Below are positions 24,373 through 39,281 of a stretch of 64,000 nucleotides of DNA, one piece after another. Positions within the stretch are counted from its first letter, which is position 1; each line of letters opens with the position of its first letter. Below the pieces are notes generated by a model. It worked only from the letters and a program-made list of their open reading frames with translations, ran no database searches and had not been told where the DNA came from. The translations under genes were made by a program, and so were the position numbers. This DNA comes from Octopus vulgaris (lineage: Eukaryota), in contig OX597833.1 of NCBI GenBank assembly GCA_951406725.2, forward strand, positions 22,196,001 through 22,260,000, written 5' to 3'.

Positions 24373-25589
24373 CATGTTACATATATATAATGATATTACA
24401 ATAATGTTCTTATGCATTCTACTGGTTGAATATCCGTGACTTTTTGCACAATTATCTGCTAGTTATGAACATCACAACTATTACATAATTCTGAGCTCCC
24501 AGAAACAGCTGTTGAGTTTTAAAAAAAACTATGCATTCTCCCCTTAGTTTCCTGTAAATTTTACACGCCACATAAATTTATTTGCCAATATATTTAAATA
24601 TGCTTCTACATACGTGTTTATCTTCTGAATATTTTCTGCTTTTGTTTCTCTCTCTATATAAATCATATGATACATGTATATCTAAAGCCTTAGTCTGTGA
24701 CTATCAGCCAAAATGGTAAGTTAATTTCCTTGCTCATTGTATGCTTTCTGTTGGTCTGTTATAATTTCAGTGAAACTATTGCTTATTAGAGTATTTTTGA
24801 CTCTGATATTTAGCAAGCTGGTGCTTGATGTACCCTTAACTATAAATATAAATTAATTATAAAATTTATATGTGTGTGTGTGTGTTTATGTATTTATATA
24901 TTTCAAGCCTAATGCTGTTTATCTCTATTACTATATCTCTCTCTATATACACACACACACACACATATATATGATGGGCTTCTTTTAATTTCTGTTTACC
25001 AAATTCGCTCACAAGGTTTTGGTCAGCCCAGGGCTAAAGTAGAAGACACTTGCCCAAGGTGCCATGCAGTGGGACTGAACCTAGAACCATGTGGTTTGGG
25101 AAGCAAACATCTTAACACACAGCCATAGCCAAGCCTTCAAAATCTATATCCTCCAAAAATTCTATGCTTTCTTAAATTTGCTAACACCATTCCTGATGTG
25201 CCAATGCAACCCTTCTACTTTACGACCCTTTTATTTCTCCCTTTCATTCTTGTATTTTATCCCATTTATTATCCCTGTACTCTCAGTTATCATTAATGTC
25301 TTTCTTTACTTGAGTTACTGCTGCTTCCTGTCCCTTCTTTTATCTTTTACCAATGAGTAGTAGTGCACCTAAGCACTGTATATAAGAAGGTCATCATTAT
25401 TAGAATTATTAGAATTGTTAGTGTGGTGAACAAAATGCTTTGGTTGGAATAGGGTTATAGTAGAAGATACTTGCCCAAGATGTTATGCAGTAGGACTGAA
25501 CCTGGAATCATGTGATTGGGAAGCGGGCTCCTTACCACACAGCCACACCTAATATTTCACATCAACTCAGGCAAAAAACTGACAAAATC

Positions 25590-25758
25590 AATAACACCTT
25601 GGACAAAACGCTTAGCAGCATCTCTTCCAGCTCTTTACACTCTGAGTTCAAATCCTGCCAAGGTCAACTTTGCCTTTCATCCTTCAGAGTCAAATATTCA
25701 GGTCAATATAATCGACTTGTCATGCAAAATGACTGGCCTTGTGCCAAAATCAGAAAGA

Positions 25759-25817
<59 letters not shown>

Positions 25818-26480
25818 CATTAAGGTGGTAAGCTGGCAGGATTGTTAGTGCAATGGACAAAATGCTGAGTGGTATTTCACCTATCTCTGTGTTCTGAATT
25901 CAAATACTAGCAAGGTCAACTTTACCTTTCATCCTTTAGGGGGTCAATAAAATAAGTACCAGTTGAACACTGTACTTTGATGCAATCGACTCATCCCCTC
26001 CCCCAAAACTGCTGCCCTTGTGGCAAAATTTGAAACCATTATTAATATTATTATTATTATTATTATATGAAAGGTAGTGAGCTGGCAAAATTATTGGCAT
26101 GCTGGGCAAAATGCTTAGCGATATTTCATCCACCCTTATATTCTGAGTTCAAATTCCGCTCAAGTCAACTTTGCCTTTTATCTTTCCAGGGATTAAATAC
26201 CATTGAAACACTGATGTCGGGGTAATTGACTAGACCCTTCCCCCAAAATTTCAGGCCATGTGCTTATGTTAAAAAGGATTATTATTATTATTATTATTAT
26301 TATTAGAATCATTAATATGTTGGACAAAATTCTTTCAAGCGTTTCTTCTAGCTCTTTGCATGCCGAGTTCAAATTCTACCAAGGTCACTATTCATCCGTT
26401 CAGGGTCAGTAAAGTAAGTAGCAGTTGAGCATTGGGGTCAATGTAATTGACTAACCCCACAACCAATAATTTGAAACAAT
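25590..26480 (+). mobile_element. Array of four decayed SINE family B copies separated by (ATT)n
   Basis: Core GGTCAACTTTGCCTTTCATCC recurs at ~25662, 25913, 26162 and 26382. Confidence 0.8.
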
Positions 26481-28279
26481 CATTATCATAGTCTTTTATA
26501 CATCATTATATTTTGATTCAGTTTACCTAACTAGAGAAAATAGGTAGCAGCTTTCCTGATGAAAGTTCAAGAGGGCTGGTGAATGTCTTTGATCAGAAAA
26601 GGTCAAGTAACAAGCCAATGGATAAGCCTATATGTGGTTGTTCAACCTGCTAGAAATAGCAGCCAAATTTTTCTTGAAACATTTTAAGACATTAATAAAA
26701 GACATTGAATAATGTGACCTTGGATAAGATAATCAGAAATATGGCCATGATTGGAAGGCTTTTGATCACAGGTTTACTCAACTAGAGTTGATGTGAGGTT
26801 AAAGAATACAACAGTGATGATGATGATGATGATGATGATGAGTGATGATGATGATGATGATGATGATGGTAGTGGCAGTAGCAGCCAGTGTTTCGGATGG
26901 TGCTAATATAAGGATTTTAAAAGATTTGATAGGAGATATTATAAATAGTGATTTCAGAAGAAAAGCAACGATAGACTCACTGACAGAACATGAACTCTGT
27001 CCTTTGTATCTGTATGCTAGTTGCTTTGTTTGCCTTTTCTCTCTTAGTAAGAGATTATATTATCTCATATTATTTATAATATCATTCTGGTTGTCACAAT
27101 ATACGTTCAAATGTTACACTTAAAACAATCCTAAAAATAAAATGAAATTGAAGGCATACTTAAAATCTTTAACATAAAGCAACAAACTGCAAGCCTTGCC
27201 TTTCTATATTCCAAGCCGTTACCTGATCATTCCCAGTTAGTGACACATTAGTGACATCCATTACACTCTTACCACTAATTTTCTTTTACCAGCAAACATG
27301 TAGCTACAATTAGTGTTTCTCTCCCTTTACTGTCTTCTCTCCCATTATTCTTTCCAGCACCATCCCTGCCATTTCTCTCTTTCACATTATCATTCCAGTC
27401 AGTTCCCCCCCCCCCCCCACTCATACTCTCACTTCACTCTCCTTCTCACTTTTGTTCATCTTCTACAATCACCTTCTCCTCCATCTATTCCTCTGTTGGT
27501 CTTGATGCCCTAAAAGAATGAAGTCAATGTTTTATAACAATGTATCTGCTATTTTGCTGAGTGCTAGGCAACCTCACTAATGCTGGTGCCACAACAAAAT
27601 GCACCAGTACAATTTGTACAATGGTTCATATTAGGAAGGACATCCAGCTATAGAAATCATATCAAAACAAAACATACGGACAAAATGTTGTCCCCAGATC
27701 CATCTAAGAGGACTGTAACTTCAAATAGGAGCCAGCTTGAACCATGATGACCCATTCAAGCCAAGCCAGCATAGAAATTGGATATAAGATGATGAAAATA
27801 ATGATAATCTATGAGTGTAGTCTGAAACGCAATATGTGTGTGTGTATATCAAGGACTACACGTATGCACACAGATATGCACATGTTCATATTTATAAATC
27901 CATATATAAGTGCACACAAACACACACACACATACAGAGATATATGCAACCAAACATAAACATACATATAGCATACACACACAAAACACACATAAGATAT
28001 AGACATTACCATATTCATATTCTCATTAATAGCTTGGAAACCATGATTTTAATTGCAAGGAGAACGAACAAGTCAACAGTAAAAATAAAAGTGGTGAGAC
28101 AAATAAAATAAAATGAATATTGTTTGATTTAGTTGAGAGCGTTGACCTTTGTAGAACGGCGCTGTAGGTTTGGTTTTCTGTGATAGAAGAAGAATTATAA
28201 CAGAACTTTAGATGAATGATAAACAAAATAGACTAATGAATGGATAGAAGGAAGAGAAGAAAAGAAAATATAGATAGAT

Positions 28280-28392
<113 letters not shown>

Positions 28393-28496
28393 AACATCAT
28401 GTGTCCGAGCAAGGAAAAAAAAAGAGAACGGGGTAATCCATTCTACGAAGCCGATGGCTAACAGTGCATCAGTGTTTGTTATTAAACTAGGAATCT

Positions 28497-28510
28497 GTTA
28501 CCATGGTAAC
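28497..28510. promoter_or_regulatory. Perfect palindromic RFX X-box (GTTACCATGGTAAC)
   Basis: Exact match to GTTNCCATGGNAAC within a non-repeat island (~28395-28740). Function untested. Confidence 0.5.
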
Positions 28511-29613
28511 GCTTTGTGAACTAACTGCTGTTTTTAATACATATCTAATTGATAATGAAGAGAGAGAGAGAAATATGGTCGGTGATGCTCTGCTGTTGCC
28601 ATTAAGGAACTGCTGCTTCCAGTTCCAGCTGGCTTCGACTGGATTGGAAAATGTTTTCGCTTCTTTAGCAAGTTAAACTGTTTAAACTGTGTCTCCTACC
28701 AGCTCCGTGATTTCATATTTTCACACATTCAGGGTGAGGACAAAGGTGGGTTAGTTGAAGCAGCAGAGGGTTGGACTAAATACTCCAACATAATGAGTAA
28801 AAACTTACAACTCCATAGATTTCAGGTTCAAATCTCACCAAACCCTACTATGTCAATTATCTTAATGAAATCAATTAAAACAGGTACTAGTAATATGCTG
28901 AAAATCAATTCAGTCAACTACATTATGCCACAATGTAAGAATAAATATTTTTTTGTCTCTTTCTTTCATTATTATTTCAACTTTGCAGAAACCTCAGTGG
29001 CTTAATGAATAAAGCATCATCATCATAGTTTTAAATTTGTTTTCCATGCAAGCATGAGTTGGTTATGTCATTTCTGGTACAGAATCTCACTACTTCTAGC
29101 AATCCTTCATCATGTGATACACAAAACAACAGAGGAAATGTATCTTGGGTGGGTCATTACATCAAAATCAAACACATGCACTGGTTTTATTTCACCTTAT
29201 CTTCTATCTTTTATTTGTTTCAGTCATAAGATTGCGGTCATATTGTGACACTGCCTTGAAGAGCTTTTAGTCAAATGAATCAGCCCCAGTACATTTTTAA
29301 GCCTGGCACTTATTCTATTAGTCCCTTTTGCCAAACAGCTAGGTTACTTCTTTATTATTTGTCAATTGGGGAGCTATTTTACAAATTAACTAATCAATTG
29401 CGTGAATATTTGTTTAGGTAATCAATCAGTTATGTTTGTCAAAGTCCTTTCTTCACCATCCGCAACTCCATCACTAACATACCTTCTCCACGACTTTGGA
29501 TCAGCTACAATGACCCTCCCAAGACACAACAAAATCTATTTCAACTCACAAGTTCACATCAAGAATCTTGCAAAAAATGTGTTGAGTGTCAAGTGCTGAA
29601 GGTTTAATAGTGG

Positions 29614-29860
29614 GTACATTATTTACATTCAACGGATATTTGTCCTCGTCTTGTTTGTTGTTAACACGTTTCGGCTGATATACCCTCCAAGCTTCTTCAG
29701 GTGTCTTGGGGAAATTTCGAACCTGGGTTCTCATTCCTATTATTATTATTAATATTATTATTATTAGTGTTAGTGTTCAGGTCACTGCTTGGAATCGAAC
29801 TCGGAAACTTGGGGTTAGTAGCCCACGCTCTTAACTACTACACCATATGCCCATGAGCAT
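29614..29860 (-). mobile_element. SINE-like family D: tRNA head + (TAA)n + PLE-type tail with hammerhead motif
   Basis: Sense: GGGCATATGGTGTAGTAGTTAAGAGCGTGGGCTACTAACCCC...GAGTTCGATTCC, (TAA)n, then GACAC-CTGAAGA-AGCTTG..CAGCC-GAAA-CGTGTT (HHR at 29663-29705, mutated). Confidence 0.75.
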
Positions 29861-30584
29861 TATAGACTTCAATGGAGACTTAAAGAGAAACTCCATCAAA
29901 AACTAGCTCTTTTTAATAGTGGGTGTTTGGCATGTAGTGTTGAGTGTATAGTATTGGGTATATAATGTATGGAGCTGGATGTATAAAAATGAATGTTGGA
30001 TGTATAATGTTGAGAGCAAAGCAGAGAAAGTATAGACCACAGGGTTGAAGGTGTAGAGATAATTCAAAACCAAATCCCTGGATACAGTCAGACATCACAA
30101 GCAAACCACCATAGTTTCATGTGACCAGTCTACTAACTGACCATTCAGCCTGAAGCAATGGCATAGGCATTCTAGAATTTTACTGCCAGTCCCCTATAAA
30201 AACAATTTGGCATGCATTATTACCAGCCAGATGACCCAGGAAGGTGGCTAAGACAGATGGCACAGATAGATAACAGGAACCTCTATCACCACAAACATAG
30301 CACAACTGTTTCCAGTTATACTGGACAAGCCACATGTTGCCGTGTCAGTAGCCTGCCATAAACTCCAAGCATTATCTCTCTCCCAGTACATAATTTTGGC
30401 TGTTGTTATCAGTAAAAGGCCAACACAGTTTGTCTTTATGTGTGACAATAAAATCTTCTGTTAAATATTCACAGGTGTTGTTCAGTTACTTCTATACACA
30501 GCCCTGCTGTATGGAGTTGCATCTATCATGGTAAGTGCATAATAATGAGTGTGGAATGTATAGTGTATAGTGTTGAGTATATGT

Positions 30585-30832
30585 GGAGGCATGTGGCTTA
30601 ATGGTTAGAGCATTGCACTCATGATTATAAGACTGTGGTTTCGATTCCAGGACCAGGCAATACATTGTGTTCTTGAGCAAAACACTTTTTTTATATATTG
30701 CTCCAGTTCACTCAACTGGTGAAAGTGAGTAATCCTGCAATGGAATGGCATCCTATCCAGATGGGAAATATATATATATGCCACAGAATTGGGGAAACTG
30801 GCCTTATGAGTTTATGGCTCAGGATGGACCTT
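30585..30832 (+). mobile_element. SINE family C, full length, old
   Basis: A box TGGCTTAATGG, B box GGTTTCGATTCC, CORE-like TTCTTGAGCAAAACACTT. Related copies at 46591-46710 (+) and 56050-56248 (-). Confidence 0.75.
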
Positions 30833-32243
30833 GAAGCTTTAAGTTGAGTATATAATGATGGATGCATTGAATTGAGTGTGTAATATGGAATGTATGATGT
30901 TGAGTACATAGAATTGAATATATATTAATGAGTATATACTGTTGAGCAATAATAATTAAAATTCAATTGTAGAATCGTATTTTTATCTTTTTCACACATA
31001 TTTCATTGTCAGTGATAATTATAAAATGTTACTCACATGTACATATTTGGGTCTAAAGTGAACCTCTTCAGTTTAATCTCAAAACTAGGACTTTGAACAT
31101 CAAGATAAAGATAAAAGGGAATGCTTGTATTCACAGAATCTTCCTGCTCTATTTTTTCTATTTCAAGTGTGTGTGTGTGTGTGCGCACGCACGTGCATGT
31201 GTGCATTCATGTGTGGTTGTATGTGTGTATATTAATGATAGACTAGTTATGCTTCCATTGCTGCACAGTTTCACCAGTGTAAATTATTGAAAAGGTATGC
31301 ATTGTACTATCTATGCATCATAAACTTAATATTTGCAACTTACACTTAAATAGTCCAATGCATACCATTTGAATAATTCACAATGGTTAAACTGTGTGGT
31401 AATGGAAGGTAACTAACCTATTATAATATTTAATTTACACATATCCACTCAATAATAGTATTTAGCTCTGTTATTTTCTGTTATCTCAGTACATATTCGT
31501 TAATATATGTGCATCTATTATTATTATTTTTTTTTTTTACTTGTTTCAGAAACTGGATCTCAGCCATGCTGGGGCAATACCTTGAAGAGTTTAGTTGAAT
31601 AAATCAATTCTGATACTTATTTTAAGCCTGGTGCTTATTCTGTTGATCTATTTTTGCTGGACCTTTAAGTTATAAGGATGTAAACAAACCAACACTAGTC
31701 ATCAAGTGAAGAGGCACAAACACAAGGATCTGCACACACATGTATAAACACACACATAATTATATTTAATAACAGTTTGACTCAGTTCCACATGACTAAG
31801 TTTTATGGATATGTAGAACATGTCCCTCTCATCAGATGCTGGGAGCATGGTTCAGCATCCTCATCATCTAGCATCCATTTTCCATACTGGCATGGTTAAG
31901 ACAGTTTGACTGGAGATGGTAAGCCAGAGAGCTGCACCAGCCTCCAATCTGTTTTGGCTTCGTTTCTATGGTTGGATACCTTTCCTAATGCCAACCACTC
32001 CATAGAGTGTACTGGGTGACTTTAACACATCACCAGCATGGGTGCCTTTTATGAATCACCAGAATGGGTGCCATTTAGATGTAACCAGCACTGGTACCTT
32101 TTATAAATCATCAGCACAAGTGCCTTCCACATACCACTAGCACTGGGTATGACTATGATTTCACTTAGCTGGTCATATCTTCTCAAGAACAGCAAACTGC
32201 CAAAAGTCTCAGTCACTTTCATTGCCTCTGTGAGATTCAACAT

Positions 32244-32292
<49 letters not shown>

Positions 32293-33074
32293 CTCATACC
32301 TGGCCGCCAACACTTTTTCTGCAAAATAGGGGTAGCTAATCCTGTTCAGGCTATATTATTACCATTATCCTGCGTTTGAGAATTTAAAATCACTTCTTTA
32401 GCTTTCTAAGACATCTCAACACTTCTAAAGCAAACTTCGTTTGTTTGTTTACATTCATCGTAATTTGAATTCAATATATATATATTTATTTATATATATA
32501 TATATATACACACAAACAGATGGGCTTCCATACAGTTTCCATCTACCAAATTCCCTCACATGACATCAGACAGCTCAAGGCTACAATAGAAGACATATAC
32601 CCAAGGTACCACAGAGTGGGGCTGAACCCAAAACCACATGCTTGCTTGCAAAGTCATCATCTTATCCACACAACCTTTTACATAAATAACATCATCATCC
32701 TCATCATCATTTTACGTCTGTTTTTCCATGCTGGCATGGTTTGGAGGAATCTAAAAACATCCCTTCACCACCCTCAGCAACAAAGACACACCAGCTAACA
32801 CTATTGTTATGGATATCATTATTTTTAACACAGTTTCTATGGCTTGATACCCCTCCTATCACCAACTACAACACAGACTGAATGCGTTTTATAATACGAT
32901 TTGCACTGCAAAGTTTGGTTTGTCCCTAACAAGATTAAAGAGCTTCTTCTCTTCAATGGTGTCTCAATTTGTTATTCATTTAAAGCTGATAATTCACTCT
33001 GTCACTATCCTGAGTTTATAGCATTTGATTTCATTCAGACAACAAAGAGCTGATTTATACATATACATACATAC

Positions 33075-33117
<43 letters not shown>

Positions 33118-33188
33118 CTTATACATATATACATACACATATATATATATATATACACATATACATGTATGCTTATACATATATACAT

Positions 33189-33231
<43 letters not shown>

Positions 33232-33489
33232 AAGTACATACACATATATATACATACATATGTGTACATGTATACATACACATATATTCATATGCAAACA
33301 GATACATTCTTACATATGCATATATATATATATATATATACAAACATATACTCCACATAAATACACATACGTACACACATTCATATATTCATACATACAG
33401 ATACATACACAAGTATGCATAACCAATCTTTCCTCCTCCCTACTTTCATCCACTCCTCCCCATCTTCCCTCCTACTCCTCTTCACAGAT

Positions 33490-33663
33490 GTTGATAGTAA
33501 TGATGCTAATGGTGGTAACAGTAGTACAATGATGATGAGGATGGTGGTGATGATAGCGATGATGATGGGGGTGGAGATGATGGGGAGTACTGGTGGTGGT
33601 GGTGGTGGTGGTGGTGGTGGTAGTGGTGATGGTGGTAGCATTGTTGAAGTTGGTGTTGTTGTG

Positions 33664-33694
<31 letters not shown>

Positions 33695-34322
33695 AAAGTA
33701 GTCAAAGTGTTATTTTAGTCCCAGGTGGACCCTGATCCAATAAACAATGACATCCTAATTGTAATTGCCCCATTTTTTTTCAGCCATAGTGTACCTAAGA
33801 CTACATTATCTAATGTGCTTTTCCATTTCCTTAAATCAGTAACGTGTGATTTGAGGAAGTTTTGTCATATATTTCTAGCAAATAAAGCATCCACATTGAG
33901 GTTCCTTCACTAGGTAATGATGGTGGCAGTGGTGGAGATAGAGTCAATGATGGTGTTGGTGGTGGTAGTAGTAATGGTGGTGGTGATGCTGTTGATGATA
34001 ATCCTTATGGCGGTGGTGGAAATGGTAATAGTGATGATGATGATAATGATGGTGGTGGTTGTGGTGATTGTGATGGTGGCAATGGTGGAGGTGATGATGG
34101 TGGCGGTGATAGTGATGATGATGATGGAAATGGTGGTGGTGGTGATGATGATAATAGTAATGGTGATGGTTGTGATGATGATGATGATAGTGGTGATGGT
34201 GATGGTTGTGATGATTTTGGCAGTGGCAGTGATGGTGGTAGTGATGATGGCGATGGTAGCGGTGGTGGTGGTGGTGGTGGTGGTGGCGATGATGATGATG
34301 GTGTCAGTGGCAACAGTGATGG
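33490..34322 (+). repeat. (GGT/GAT)n tract split by a family E insertion (33695-33912)
   Basis: Directly visible. Confidence 0.9.
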
Positions 34323-35090
34323 CCTCTAACTGTGAATCTAATCACCATCTCCCTCTATCATACCCAGCAAAGTAAAAGACAGCATCTCAGCACTCCAATA
34401 AACAAAGCAAAAAGAAAAAAAAAAGAAAAAGAAAAGAAAGAAAGAAAGAAAAACAGTGAATGGTGATTGAGTAGAGTGTTTTAGCAAAGCTGTTGCCAAT
34501 TATACTAGCGTTTAGATTATGTTACCTGAGTGCCTAGCAACAGCGGTCATCTTCACACACACACACACAAGCATGCACATGCACTCATGCATGCATGTGC
34601 ACATATGTGCACAAACATGGTTAGATTAACCAGTGCATCACACATATACATACATACATGTACACACACATTCATGCAAATATGTAATCTCAAACATGTA
34701 AATGCAGACATACGCATATGCACAGCTGGGTTAGCCAGTTCTTCGTCGCACACACTTATTATACTTACAAGCACACAAACATGCACATATGCAAATACAA
34801 ACATAAGCGTACACACAGGTTAACCAGTTCCCCTTTTACACGTATATACATACGTAAGTATATACACACTACCCTTACACACAAACACACACATACATAC
34901 ACAGAGGTTAATCAGTTTCCATTACATATACACACACACTCAGAGTTAGGTTAACCAGTTCCACATTTACACACACACACACACATATATACATATACAG
35001 ACACATGCACACATACATACACTCATATGCACACACATATATACACAAATGCACATACATATACACAAGCACACATGTCCATACATACTC

Positions 35091-35121
<31 letters not shown>

Positions 35122-35499
35122 AAAAACATATACACATAAGTACACATATATACCCACAAACATACACACATATACATATATATACACACACATACATACA
35201 CACATGAATACAGATATATATACACACAAGCATAGATACACATATATCCACACATATACACATATAATACATACACACATGCACATACACACATGCACAT
35301 ACACACACACACACACACGCACTAATTCTCAGAGAACACTGCAGTCTAGCAGACTATTTATTCCTAACACTGCTCAGTTTATAATGCAGTTTGAAGAATT
35401 ATTTCCACATAAACAGCTTGGCTTTATCATGTTCTATTTATACAGTCATTCTAATGTTTTTATTTATCCTACACATAGGGATATCTTTTGTTACATTAT

Positions 35500-36350
35500 A
35501 TCAGTTACAGTATGTTCTATTCTGTTATGTTACATTATGGTATGTTAGAGAATGTTACATTCTATTATTACATGATTAAATAACTTAAGCTAGGTTACAT
35601 TATGTGGTGTTACACCATGTAATTTTATGTAACATAACACTGTGTTACACTATACTCTGTTATGAAATATTTTACATTACATTCTAGTTTGTTACATTAC
35701 ATTATGGTATGTTAGAGAATGTTACATTTTATTGTTACATGATTAAATAGTTTATGTTACATTATGTCATGTTACACCATGTAATTTTATGTAACATTAT
35801 ATTGTGTTACTCTATACTCTGTTACATAAAATGTTATATTATATTATGTTCTGCTATATTACATTATGGTATGTTAGCGAATGTTACATTATGTTGTTAC
35901 ATGATTAAATAGTTTATGTTACATTATGTCATGTTACACCATGTAATTTTATGTAACACTACATTGTTACACTATACTTTAGGTAACATTAAGTCAATTA
36001 CATTCTGTTCTGTTGTTACATTATGATATGTTAGAGAATGTTACATTCTGTTGTTACATGATTAATAGTTTATGTTTGTTACATTATGTTACAATATGTT
36101 ATGTTGTACCATGTAATCTTAAGTAACATTACACTGTGTTACTCTATACTCTGTTAGGTAATATTGTTACACTGCATTCTGTCCTGCTACATTAAATTAT
36201 TGTATGTTAGAGAATGTTACATTCTGTTCTTACATGATTAAATAGGTTATGTTACATTATGCTGTGTTACACCATGTTGTATTATTATGTGACATTACAC
36301 TGTAACATTATACTCTTTTAGGTAACATTACATTACATTCTTACATTGTA
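35500..36350. repeat. Tandem satellite, ~5 units of ~160-175 bp built from pentamers (GTTAC/ACATT)
   Basis: Marker TATGTTAG(A/C)GAATGTTACATT recurs at ~35541, 35708, 35870, 36028 and 36204. Confidence 0.88.
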
Positions 36351-37107
36351 TTATTTTATGTTGGTTTCAAATTTTGGCATCAAGTCAGTAAGTTTAGGGG
36401 AGGGTGTAAGTCAAATACAGTGAACCCCTCACCACACCACCACCAGTGTTCAGCTGGTACTTATCGACCCTAAAAGGAAGAAAGTAAAAGTTGACCTTGG
36501 CAGAATTTGAACCCAAAACATAAAGCCGGACAAAATGTTGCTAAGCAAAATGCTAATGATTCTACCAGCTTACCAACTTATGTATTATTTTATATTTATG
36601 TGGTGTAATCATCATCATCATCATCATTTAATGTCTGCCTTCCATGCTGGCAAGGGTTGGACGGTTTGACAGAAGCTGGCTAGGTAGGAGACTACACCAG
36701 GCTGCTGTGTGTTTTGGCAAGGTTTTTACAGCTGGATACCTTAACCTTAACCCTAACCCAAGACCTGAAATTCTAGAAGAGAGAGCTAGTCAGTTACATC
36801 AACCCCAGTGCCCAACTGGTACTTATCAATCCCGAAAGGATGAAAGGCAAAGTCAACCCCAGCAGAATTTAAACTCAGAATGTAAAATCAGAAGAAAAAG
36901 CATTTTGTCTGATGTGGTAATGATTCTGCCAACTTGCCACCTTATGTATAATTTTGTATTATGTGATGCAATATTACATATGGTTATGCTAGAGTATGTT
37001 ACAATACACTGTGTTACATCCTGTTACATAGCATTACCATTATGTTACATTATGCTGTGTTACATAACAGTATGCTACATTACATTGTTATATTGCATTA
37101 TTTTACA

Positions 37108-38458
37108 CTAACAATGCAGCCTGGCGTTGCCCGGGTGTTATGATCTACAGCCACATTGTATTATTTGTTTCTTTCTTATGGGCAGAATCAGCACAGCTGA
37201 TATATAGTGAACTGGATTATTGGCATAATGGAAGTTATTGTTTGTCTAAAAGTGAAGTGGAAGAAGGTACAATTTGCATGGGTTTGCATGAAAGTGCTTT
37301 CTTATTTCTTTATTGCCCACAAGGGGCTAAACATAGAGGGGGCAAACAAGGAGAGTAAGTCGATTACATCGACCCCCAGTGCGTAACTGGTACTTAATTT
37401 ATCAACCTCGAAAGGATGAAAGGCAAAGTCAACCTCGGCGGAATTTGAACTCAGAACTTAATGGCAGACAAAATACCGCTAAGCATTTTGCCCAGCGTGC
37501 TGACATTTCTGCCAGCTCACTGCCTTCAAGTGCTTTCTGTTCTTAAGATGGATCACAAACTATGTATTGTTTCATCGTATTAAAGGGAGTTAATAGGATT
37601 TTGCCAGAAATCACGTTTTCAAAATTTTAATTTTCCTCCATACCCACCGCAATTTCTTAATTTGTAACTTTTTTGTGAATGTTTTTTTTTATCCATAGAG
37701 AAAAATACAGAGATTATGAATCTGGGAAATATATATATTTTTTTAAAGTTTAATTTTTCTTAAAGAAACACTCAATGCCCCTTCTCCCACCTTGTCCACC
37801 CATCACCTACTTGCTTTCAAGAAACTAAAATCTCTCAATGTTTCACTTTCATCTGATATTTCACACATGCGTAGAATCGTACTGAAATAGCAGCCGTAAA
37901 AAATACCAGACCACCACCTGAAAAGCCAACATGATAGAAACAATAGGTAAATTACATTATTTCTGAAGAATCTTCTCTGCTTTCCAAAAAGCATTGGGAG
38001 TTTGTAGCTTTTTGAAAGTAATGAGGTGATGGGTGGATGTTTAGGATGGAGATTTTAGTGTTTCTTTCAGAAAAAAGGAAGAAAAAAATTCTTAAAGATT
38101 TATATTCTCTGCTTGAAGAAATTGGGGTGGGAATAATAAATAAATATATTGAGCACATGTTCTTTGGGCAAAATCTTAATCTCCTGTATGGAAAACATAG
38201 GTACCAGAAGAAATTTAGGAAAAAAATAAGTGAGGGGTGCAAATGTAACCTTGGACATGCTAGAAACAAGAGGTAAAGGACAGGATTTCTGGGAAAACTT
38301 CCTTTTAAGTTTATATCAAAGATCAGGTTTTTAAATACACTCATCACAAACACGAATTGCAGAATAGAAAAAGGTCATTTCAATTGGATTTGAGCTGTAA
38401 TTTTGCACATGCAAACAGCAAGAAATAACATAATTCATACAGAAGTTTTACCTATAGA
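37108..38458 (-). mobile_element. Non-autonomous Helitron (decayed) with nested SINE B (37300-37527)
   Basis: Minus-strand 3' end CCCGGGCAACGCCAGG...TGTTAG (hairpin plus degenerate CTAG). Putative 5' end TCTATAGGTAAAA at 38458. Confidence 0.55.
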
Positions 38459-38764
38459 ATGTTGTGTGCACACGTGCGAGTGTGTGTATGTGTGTGCAAA
38501 AGGAAATTATTTTATGGCATTCTTTCATCTGAAGCAGCAAAGTTGTCAACTTGATCATATGGTTGATCATATGGGGTCATATGATTATTTGTTTAATTTT
38601 CATAAAGTTTTTTTTATTTCTTTATGCTTTGAAGAGAGCAGAAATTGAAAGAGAGGAGAAAGTGAAAAGGCGACATTTGGTTTGAAGTGAGGGCAGAAAG
38701 TGAAATATGTATATACGTGGATATGAAATAGACGTGTGTGTGTGTGTGAGAGAGAGAGAGAGAA

Positions 38765-38804
<40 letters not shown>

Positions 38805-39281
38805 CGTAAAGGTGTGTGTTGTCATGTATGTATTTTTGCATGTATGTGTAAGTGGCACTCACTCGCGCACTCTCTCTCTCTCTCTCTCACACACACATTA
38901 TCTTTCATATACATGTATGTAAATATATATGCATACATCTTTTTTGTATGTATGTGTGTGTGTGTATGTATGTGTGCATATGAGAGAGAGAGAGTGACTG
39001 TATTTCTTCATAACATATAGAGAAATGGATGTCTTTTAATGAAATTTTTTTGGTTGTAGTTTATTTTAATACAATATTTATGTGTACATTTTCATAAATG
39101 TTTGTCTGAGTAGAATTCTATGCATGTGTGAAACATTGGACAAAAGTGAAACATTAGAAGTAAATCAAAATATTGCCCAAAAACGACTTTAAGATTGTAC
39201 GACCTGACCTTGTTTCTGAGGTTATTTTAGAAGTAAAAGAGAGTTGTTGTGTCAAAAACAGTCTATTTGGTAGCCTTTATA

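Noticed and set aside
30090-30460. Possible LTR-retrotransposon integrase remnant
   Set aside because: Only a vague resemblance, with no motif I can defend.
34620-34965. CRISPR-like repeat-spacer pattern
   Set aside because: Eukaryotic context, 12-bp imperfect repeats, irregular microsatellite spacers and no cas genes.
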